This document shows positions 1 through 9,600 of a stretch of DNA of 64,000 nt, in pieces. A program made the position numbers and the translations under genes. Source of the DNA: Candidatus Cloacimonadales bacterium. GTDB taxonomy: Bacteria; Cloacimonadota; Cloacimonadia; Cloacimonadales; JAFGVF01. The stretch's first letter is position 1. Every line of letters begins with the position of its first letter. Where the stretch lies: contig CAXXJV010000001.1 in the NCBI GenBank assembly GCA_963663475.2, positions 224,001 to 288,000 on the forward strand, given 5' to 3'. The notes beneath the pieces were generated by a model. That model saw nothing but the letters and a program-made list of their open reading frames with translations. It made no database searches and was not told where the DNA came from.

Positions 1-18
1 TGCAAGCCAAAGGCGAGC

Positions 19-130
19 TAACTGGGAAGGAGGGCATCCCTGCCCGCACTAGGCACGAAGTGCGTGGTAAACTTAAGAATTCCAGCACTTTCGTGCTGGA
101 CGCGGGCAAGGATGCCCGCATTCCCAGTTA
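19..130. repeat. REP-like nested palindrome (GCGGGCAAGGATGCCCGC family)
   Basis: taactgggaa...gggcatccctgcccgc at the left end is inverted relative to gcgggcaaggatgcccgcattcccagtta at the right; internal gcacgaagtgc / ccagcactttcgtgctgg hairpins. Confidence 0.6.
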
Positions 131-412
131 GTAGGCAGATTTCCAGTTAGAATCTTCTCTTTTTTCTTTTTTTTCTATTTTTTTCTATATAGTGGACCAA
201 AAATCAAAAAATGTCCTCTTAAATATTATGAAGGCTTGCCTTGGAGAAAGAAATTTTTGAAGAGAGATGTTAAGAAAAAGTTAATTTGACAACTAGTATC
301 TTTTACTACAAGCAGTCTTGCTTATTATATAATAAATAATTTATGTAAAATATTCATTCTTATATTTGGCTCAGACAAGAGTCTTTCATTTTAGCGAGAC
401 AAGTGTTTCTTA

Positions 413-576
413 AACCAGAAAGTGTAGTAAAGCTTTAATGAAGAGTGCAGATTATTCTAGTAAAATAGCTTACAGAATTTTGACGCATATATTTTATATA
501 TTCGGAAAAATTATGGATCTTACTTTTGCAGAAGAATATTCTGCTATTCACAAAGGTCTACTGTACTATCTGGATT
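413..576 (+). mobile_element. MITE copy (~165-bp non-autonomous element, IS982-like ends)
   Basis: Near-identical core gaagagtgcagattattctag...ttacagaattttgacgcatat...gcagaagaatattctgctattcacaaaggtctac recurs at 3043, 48491, 53655, 57795, 60065. Confidence 0.8.
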
Positions 577-646
577 AAAATTCTTTATTGACAAAATGTC
601 TCAAGTTATGTAATTTTGAACATGCTATTAATTATAGGAGAGAAAG

Positions 647-1306
647 ATGAAAAAATATTGTGTATTATTGTCAGGATGTGGTCATAGAGATGGTTCGGAA
701 ATCTATGAAGCTACTTTTAGTCTCTTAGCTTTATCAAGTCAAGGAATAGAATATGATATTTTTGCACCTAACAGACAACAATATGATACAATTGATCACT
801 TAAGTGGAGCTGAAATAGAGCCTAAGCGTAATATTTTACTAGAATCAGCTAGAATTGCCAGGGGAAATATTAGGCCTCTAGAGGACTGCCAGGCAGATGA
901 ATATGCAGCCTTAATCCTTCCTGGAGGTTATGGTGCTTTGAAGAATTTCACTAACTTTCCTGCTGAAGATGGTAAATGGCAGGTTAAAGATGATATAAAA
1001 AAAGTAATCTTGAGTTTTCATAATTCTCAGAAGCCTATCGGTGCTATCTGCATCTTCCCTTCTATCTTAGCTATATTATTTAAAGATAAGCAAATCCAAG
1101 TTACTACTGGTTTAAATCCTGAATCTAAGAAATTAATTGATTTTACTAAAGCTAAAGTCCATTTAATTGATTCAGATGATCTTGTTATCGACGAGGAGAA
1201 TTTAATCTACTCAACCCCAGCCTTTATGAATGATGCCTCCTTAGATAAAGTATTCATTGGAATTCAAAAGCTAATCAGTGAAATTAAAAATAGGACACAT
1301 AAATGA
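647..1306 (+). CDS. elbB: ElbB / ES1-like glyoxalase (DJ-1/PfpI superfamily)
   Basis: LSGCGxxDGSEIxE, RNILxESARIARG, PGGYG, GAICIxP and STPAFM motifs; GGAG RBS. Confidence 0.9.
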   Translation: MKKYCVLLSGCGHRDGSEIYEATFSLLALSSQGIEYDIFAPNRQQYDTIDHLSGAEIEPKRNILLESARIARGNIRPLEDCQADEYAALILPGGYGALKNFTNFPAEDGKWQVKDDIKKVILSFHNSQKPIGAICIFPSILAILFKDKQIQVTTGLNPESKKLIDFTKAKVHLIDSDDLVIDEENLIYSTPAFMNDASLDKVFIGIQKLISEIKNRTHK

Positions 1307-2979
1307 ATATAAATGAAATTCTTGCCAAAATAAATGAAGGTCAGCAAAACGTAAGCACTTTAAATTACTTAAAGACATATATTAATTATTTGATTCAAGA
1401 AGAAAAAACATCTGATATTGAAAAATACTTAAATCGTGCTATTAAATTAGCTGGAGATTTGCAGTTGCCAAGAGAAGAGGGAACCCTGCTGATTGAATTA
1501 GGAGTCCATTATTGGAATCAGATTGATTATAAGAGTGCACTCAATATGTTCAGGCTTTCCTGTGGTATCTTCAAACAGAGTAAAAATGAATATGATTTAG
1601 TAGTTGCAACTCATAATGTTGGCGAGACATATACCAAGATTGGTGACTTCAATAATGCTATTTCATTCTTAAAACTTTCACTTGATTTTATCTCAAAAAT
1701 AAAAGATCATGACAAAGTAGAAGTTGATAGCTTATGTTCTGATATTAACAATTCTCTAGGTACAGCTTATCGTAAATGCAAATCTTATGCCTTAAGTATG
1801 AGTACTTATTTTAAAGCTTTAGATTTACAAGAAAGACATGACCTTAAAGCAAAAATATGCACAACAAACCTAAACATTGGCAAAATGTTTATTGATATAG
1901 GCAACTACGAACGAGCCCTCCGTTACTTCAATAAAGCTTTAGAAATATCTGTAGTCCTAAATGATATTTCACTTAAATCTCAAACTCATGCTCTGATTGC
2001 CAAAGTATATTTCAAAAACGCAAAATATTCACAGGCTATACCCTTCTATGAAGAAGCACTTTCTTACATTGATGAGGCAAATTCTAAACTCCTCTACCAT
2101 AAGATTAGAACAAAATACCAGATGGCCTTAAACTATAGTAAATTAAAAAAATATGACAAGGTAATTGAAGTTTGCCAAGATAGCTTAACTTGTATGCAAA
2201 ACAATGACTACCCTGCCTTAGCTTCTAAGATTAAATTCCTTATCGGAAAAACTTTAGAAATACAAGAAAAATATGACCAAGCAATGCCTATGTTAGAATC
2301 AGCCCTCACTCATATAGCTAGTGAAGATGCTAGCAATAGCCTAAAATTTAAAATTCTCCATACTATCTCACAAATTTATGAAAAACAAGAAAACTACTTA
2401 CAAGCCTACTCTCATCTGGTAAGAGCCAATGAATATGTTGATTTGCTTATTCAAGAAAAACAAGATAAAGCTCTTTCAGAGATTGAAGCTAAGTATGAAA
2501 GTCAACAGAAAGTTAGAGAAGAAATTATGCTCAAAAAAGCAAATAAAGAAGTTGAAGAACTTAAAGAAAAAGTTAATAATCTGTCAGGACTAATCCATGA
2601 CTATCAAGAAATTGAACATTTCTTTGGACTAATACCTAAAGAACAAATAATGACTGCAATCAAAAAGAGTAAAGACTTGCATTTACAAGAAGGTAGTGAT
2701 GTTGCTGTAGTTAAAATTACTCTAACTAGTCAAGATGAGTTCTCGCAAGACTTGCTTACCCAAACCCTCAAGGATATATCAAAAGTTGTTATGTTCTATA
2801 CAAGAGCTAATGATGAGGTTGGCTTCTGGGGAGATGACTCTCTTATTCTCATTCTCTCAAATGTGAAAAGCCAGTTTGTTGATAAAGTTATTGAGAAAAT
2901 TAAACTACCTATTTATAGTGATATTCTTTATAAGGTCCCTGAGGCCCGTTTCCAAGTTGACTTTAGTCTGATGGACTAA
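1303..2979 (+). CDS. Tetratricopeptide repeat protein with coiled coil and degenerate GGDEF-like C-terminus
   Basis: Multiple TPR units (NNSLGTAY, NLNIGKMF), EIEAKYE coiled-coil linker, C-terminal DEVGFWGDDSLILIL; ATGA overlap with elbB. Confidence 0.8.
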   Translation: MNINEILAKINEGQQNVSTLNYLKTYINYLIQEEKTSDIEKYLNRAIKLAGDLQLPREEGTLLIELGVHYWNQIDYKSALNMFRLSCGIFKQSKNEYDLVVATHNVGETYTKIGDFNNAISFLKLSLDFISKIKDHDKVEVDSLCSDINNSLGTAYRKCKSYALSMSTYFKALDLQERHDLKAKICTTNLNIGKMFIDIGNYERALRYFNKALEISVVLNDISLKSQTHALIAKVYFKNAKYSQAIPFYEEALSYIDEANSKLLYHKIRTKYQMALNYSKLKKYDKVIEVCQDSLTCMQNNDYPALASKIKFLIGKTLEIQEKYDQAMPMLESALTHIASEDASNSLKFKILHTISQIYEKQENYLQAYSHLVRANEYVDLLIQEKQDKALSEIEAKYESQQKVREEIMLKKANKEVEELKEKVNNLSGLIHDYQEIEHFFGLIPKEQIMTAIKKSKDLHLQEGSDVAVVKITLTSQDEFSQDLLTQTLKDISKVVMFYTRANDEVGFWGDDSLILILSNVKSQFVDKVIEKIKLPIYSDILYKVPEARFQVDFSLMD

Positions 2980-3042
2980 GATTTCCAGCTTGGATGAAGA
3001 TACTTGCCACTTATTTCACCAATTACACAAAGAGGTGGATTA

Positions 3043-3236
3043 AAACCAAATAAGGCAGTAGATCTTTGTGAATAGTAGAATATTCTTCTGCAAAAGTAAG
3101 ATCCATAATTTCTCCGAATATATAAATTATATGCGTCAAAATTCTGTAAGCTATTTTGCTAGAATAATCTGCACTCTTCACCTGTGATACGTAGTTTTAG
3201 TCAAGTATTACTAAAGCTCTACTCCACTATTTGGAT
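3043..3236 (-). mobile_element. MITE copy (long subtype with ~30-bp insert)
   Basis: Reverse complement of the MITE core; extra cctgtgatacgtagttttagtcaagtatta segment also present in the partial copy near 56160. Confidence 0.8.
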
Positions 3237-3672
3237 TAAAAATTGCTAGAGTTCCCATAAAATCCCTGCAAGAGATAAATACTTTAGACAAGGATAATAA
3301 TTTTGCAGATGGATTTTACTAGAAAAACTTTGGAAAATTCTTCTCTCCTACTTGAGATGTTATTTGTTAATATTTACTTAATGATTATTCCTTGACAAGT
3401 ATCTTAACAATTCTAAATTTAGTATGTAAAAGAAGTTAAATATGCCTTATGGCGTATTATAAGTAGAAAACAATACCACACCATTCTACACAGATCTTTT
3501 AGAAGGATAGATAAGTCTATTTGAGAGCTATAGTTAAAAAATATTTTAGTATAGTAAAAGGGGACTGTTTTGCCTCAGATATGATTAAACTATCACATGA
3601 TTTAGTTAGATAATTTATTAGTTATGAATGAAAATTATTTAACAACAAATAATACAAAAATTTGGAGGATAT

Positions 3673-6600
3673 GTGAAAAGATATCTGAATGTTTTTATCG
3701 TACTAATGATGATGTTAGGCATCACTTCGCTGATGGCTGATACATGGACTGAGACCTTTGATGATCAAACATCAAATACTTATAGTATCACTACATGGAC
3801 AATAAATGGCAGGACATGGACTTCAAACCAAGGTGGAAATTTCGCTTTTGGAAATTCTACCATGGGTTCACCTGCATTTACCATAAATGATAATATAGCA
3901 AATGCAAGTATTACTACCCCAGCTCTAAATACTATTGGAACTGTAAGTTTCAAACATGCAAGTAATGGTCCTGGGGTTGGAGATGTATTTGTTTTACAAA
4001 AGTCTTATGATGGAACTGTTTTTGTTGATGTAGATACTGAAGATTTAGGACCTGATGAAGTATATTTGAATTATACTTTTGATATTAATGATAATGCTTC
4101 ACTAATATACTTAAGAATTGTTAACGACAATCAAAACTCTCATCTCTTCATAGATGATTTTTCTGTTACAGATTATTCTGGTGGCACAGAACCAACTCCT
4201 CTTTCAGTTGATTTCTCAGCTGATGTTACTGCAGGAGAAAGCCCTTTAACAGTTAACTTCACCCCATCAGTATCCGGTGGTACAGAACCTTACGGTTATG
4301 CTTGGGATTTTGATAATGATGATAATGTAGATTCAACTGATGAAAACCCATCCTACACTTACAGCACAGCTGGCACTTACTCGGTTAAACTAACAGTTAC
4401 AGATGGCGCTTTAGCAACTGATATTGAAGAAAAAGTAGATTATATAACAAGTGTTGAGCCAACTAGTGATGATGAATTAATGACTAATGGTAATTTAGAA
4501 TTATGGGATAATTCTACTACACCTTCTGGTTGGGACAAGAGAGAAAGTATAGACCAAGAAGGAACTATTGTTCATTCAGGTTCTTACTCTGCTAAACAAA
4601 CTGCAGGTACTAAAGACTTAGGTCAGTATGTTGAAGGTATTGTAGGTGGAGAAACTTACACTATCTCCTATTGGTTCCTAGATAATGATCCTAATGCAAA
4701 AGGAAGAATTTATTCTTACTGGCGTGAAGGTACAAACACATTATCTGATAATGCATTAGAACTAAGACCAAGTGGATATTCTACAGATAGTTCTGAGTGG
4801 CAACAAATTTCTCATACTCTCACTGCCCCTGCTACTGCTGATAACTTCTATTTTGAAGTTAGAACTTATAATGATAATTCAGGTGGTGGAGTCATCTATT
4901 ATGATGATTTCTCTGTCATGGGTGCAGGTGGAACAAGCCCTGAAATCCTAACTGTTGATTTCGAGGCTGATGTTCTTACTGGTCAAGTTCCTCTTACAGT
5001 AAACTTTACTAACTTAGTTACTGGTGGAACAAGTCCTTATTTATATAGCTGGGATTTTGATGGTGATAATAATGAAGATTCTGATGTTGCAAATCCATCT
5101 TTCACTTATTATGCAGTTGGAACTTATCCTGTGAAACTTTATGTTATAGATTCAGGAACAAGTGATGGAACAGAATATAAGACAGCTTATATTACTGTAA
5201 CTACCTCAGGTGGAGACTCTTACTATAGTGGAATTACAGCTACAGAAGGTGCTACATTAAAGAGCCAACTTAAAACTTTAATTTCAACTAATACAAATAC
5301 AAGCTATGATGGTGCTCGTGCAGCTATGTATAGCAATATTGATAATATAAACAATACAGTAACATGCGTTTATACTGGTTTAGAAGTTGCGCATAATTAT
5401 GGTGATACTACTGCTCCAACTGATATAAACTGTGAACACTCTTATGCCCAAAGCTGGATAGAAGATTATGATAGCCAGAATGAAGAATTAAGAGCAAAAG
5501 CTGATGTACACCATCTTTTCCCAACGGATTCAGGAGTAAATTCTTCTCGTGGTAATTTATCATTTGATGATGTAAACTCAGTTGAATATTCTTATAGTGA
5601 AGCTACCGGTTATGTATCTTATCGTGGTACTAATGGTGAAGCTGTAACAGTATTCGAGCCAACAGACCAACATAAGGGTGATTTAGCTCGTGCCTTGCTC
5701 TATATGAATGTTCGTTATGATTTACCTCTTGCTCCTCCAGTACCTAACCCAGGTCCTATCAATGTTAATATGTTAGCGACCTTGTTAGAATGGCATGGAC
5801 AAGACCCTGTTGATGCTGCAGAAATTACCCGTAATGACGAAATTCATGACTATCAAGGTAATAGAAATCCATTTGTAGATTATCCTGAATGGGTTAATGC
5901 TATCTATGGTGGCGAGCCTGTTTATACCTGTGCTACCCCAACCATGAATCCTGCAGGTGGTACTTTTGACTCAGTTCAAAATGTTACTCTTGAAACAACA
6001 ACTGCTGACGCAGATATCTATTATACAACTAATGGGGATACTCCAACTTCAGCTTCTAGTCTTTATTCTGGAGCAATCGAAGTTGCCACTGATATGACTA
6101 TCAAAGCTATTGCTGTTAAAGCTGGCTGGAATGATTCGCAAATGGCATCAGAATCATATATACTCAATATCATTCCTAGTGTTTCAATCTATGATATCCA
6201 GTATGTTGCAGATCCTGCCACTTCTGACGCTTCTGATTATGAAGGACAGACTGTTAATGTTACAGGTATCGTAACTGCTGTAAATAGCTCAGGTTTCAAT
6301 ATCTCTGCTCCAGCAGGTGGTGCTTGGAATGGAATTCTTGTTTATAATAATACAGCTAATCCAACCATAGGTGATGAAGTTACCTTTAATGGACAAGTTG
6401 TTGAATATAATAATTTAACAGAATTAAGTAATATCAATGGTTTCCAAGTTCTTTCTCAAGGCAACTCAGTTACTCCTACAGTAATTACTACTGCTCAGGC
6501 ATCTACTGAAGCCTATGAAGGTGTCTTAGTTACTGTTGAAAATGTTTCTGTTACTCAAGCTCCATCAAACTACAATGAGTGGTATGTTACTGATGGTTCA

Positions 6601-9600
6601 GGAGATGCTCAAATTGATGATGAATATGGATATATTCCAGAACCAGCACCAAGCATTGGACAGGTTTATTCTTCAATTACAGGTATCCTAGACTACAAAT
6701 ATGGTTCTTTTGGTATTAGTCCAAGAAATGAAGATGATGTTATTCTTGATGTTACTGCTAATCAACTTCCTGTTGTATCAGATGTAGCTCATGCTCCTCT
6801 TACAATTTATCCTACTGATGCTGTAACTGTTACTGCTGATGCTGTAGATAATGATGGTACTATTGCTACTATCAATCTTAAATGGGGAACTGAAACTGGT
6901 GTCTATACTACAACTACTGCTATGACTCCTTCACGTGCAACTTATACAGCTGACATTCCTGCTCAAGTTGCAGAAACTACTGTATATTATGTAGTTGAAG
7001 CTACTGATGATGATAATGCAACATCAACTAGCCAAGAAGCTTCTTTTACTGTAAGCCCAGAAATAGGTGATATACCAACTGGTATGATTATCTCTGAATA
7101 CATTGAAGGCGGATCTAATAATAAAACTATCGAAATCTACAATGGAACTGGTGCAGATGTTGATTTAACACCTTATAGTGTTAAATTAGGTTCTAATGGT
7201 GGTGATTGGGGTAATAATTATGATATGACTGGCACACTTACTGCTGGCGATGTTTTTGTTATCTCAAATTCTCAATCTGCAGCAGAAATTCTTGCTGTTA
7301 CAGATGCTACTAGTAATGTTTGTTTCTTCAATGGTGACGATGCTATTGGTTTATTCTACAATACTACTCTTATTGATGTAATTGGTGTTCCGGGAGTAGA
7401 TCCTGGTTCTTCTTGGGATGTGGCTGGTGGTGCTGGTACTACTGTTAATTACACTCTTGTAAGAAAAATTGAAGTTACTGAAGGAACAACTGACTGGGCG
7501 ATCTCAGCTGGTACAGATGAAACAACTTCACAATGGAGCATTTATCCTCAAGACACCTTTACCTATTTAGGAAGTCATGGCTTGGATCCATCACAAATAG
7601 TTGCAACACCTGAAATAAGTCCTCTTGCAGGGTCTTATAACGACCAAGTTGAAATTACTATAACTTGTGCAACTGATGGTGCAAATATCTATTATACTAT
7701 AGATGGAAATGACCCAACTACAGCTTCTGATGTTTATTCAGCTCCATTTACCTTAACAGCTGATGCAAGTGTCAAAGCTTTTGCTACTAAGGCTGATATG
7801 GATGATTCTGCTATTATAACTGCAGAATACACTATTGTTGATACTGGAGATATGCCAACTGGTATGATTATCTCTGAGTATATTGAAGGTTCAGGTTCTA
7901 ATAAAGTAATCGAAATTTATAATGGAACTGGTGCTGAGGCAGACTTAACACCTTATGCTATAAAAACTGCCTTCAACGGTGGTGATTGGGGTACTACTTT
8001 AGATTTAAATGGTACACTAGCAGCTGAAGCAGTATTTGTTATTGCTAACTCAAGTGCTGATGCAGCTATTCTTGCTCTTGCAGATGCTACAAGTGGTGTA
8101 TGTAACTTTAACGGTGATGATGCTGTAGGTCTCTTCTATAATGACATAGCAATCGATATGATCGGAGTACTAGGTACAGATCCAGGTTCTGAATGGGATG
8201 TAGCTGGTGGCCTTGGTACTACTGCAGATTATACTCTTGTTAGAAAATTAACAGTTACTGAAGGAACTACAGATTGGGCTCTCTCTGCTGGTACAGATGA
8301 CGCTTCTTCTCAGTGGAATATCTATCCTCAAGATACAATTACTTATCTAGGATCTTATGGCGTGGAACCAACCCCTACTGTAGCTACACCTGAATTTACT
8401 CCTGTTGCTGGTTCATACAATGACCAAGTTCTTGTTACTATCACCTGTGCAACTGACGGTGCAACTATTTATTATACCTTAGATGGTACTGATCCAACCA
8501 CAGGCTCATTTGTATATTCTAGTGAAATTACTATTACAGAAGATACAACTCTTAAAGCCTTCGCGACATTAACAGATTATGATGATTCAGCTATTGCTAC
8601 TGCTGAATATACTATCACATCAATTTCTGCTACTGATGTTGCTGATATTGCAAGCTTAAGAGCTGGTGCTACTGATGGTACTATTTATAGATTAACTGGG
8701 GAAGCTATCTTAACTTATCAAAGAGATTCTCGTAATCAAAAATATATCCAAGATGCTACCGCTGGTATCTTAATCGATGATAACTCTGGCCTTATCACAA
8801 CAACTTATAATCAATATGACGGTATTACAAACATTGAAGGTAGTCTTAATGAATATAATGGTGTCCTTCAATTTGTACCTACTGCAGACCCTGGTTCTGC
8901 TACTTCAACAGGAAATACTGTTACTCCTTTAGTAGTCTCAATTACTGATATTACTTCAGCTATTGATACTTATGAATCAAGACTAGTTAAATTAGAAAAT
9001 GTTAACTTCTCTTCCACAGGTACTTTTGCTAGTGGTCAAAACTACACTTTAACTGATGGAAGTAATAACCTTACCTTCAGAACTTCTTTCTCAGAAGCTG
9101 ATTATATTGGACAGGCTATCTTTACTTCAGCTTTAGATCTAGTAGTTTTAGTAGGAGAATATAATGGTAGTGGTCAAGTTGTTGCTAGAAACCTTGCTGA
9201 CTTTACTGAATTAGCTGGCCCTTCAACTGTTGCTACTCCTGAAATCACACCTGTAACAGGTATATACTACGAAAGCCAAGAAGTTACTATTACTTGTGCT
9301 ACTGATGGTGCTACTATCTATTATACTTTAGATGGTAATGACCCAACTACTGGATCAAGTGAATATACCCTTCCTTTCACTGTCGATGCTACTACTACTG
9401 TGAAGGCTATGGCTGTTAAAACTGACTGGCTTGATAGTTCTATTGCTGAATCTATAATCACAATCGAAGAAATTGTGGTACCTGCTGGTATGATTATTTC
9501 TGAATATATTGAAGGTTCTTCAAATAATAAAGCTATTGAAATCTATAACGGTACTGGTGCTGATGTTGATTTAACACAATATAATCTTCAAAAAGGTTCT

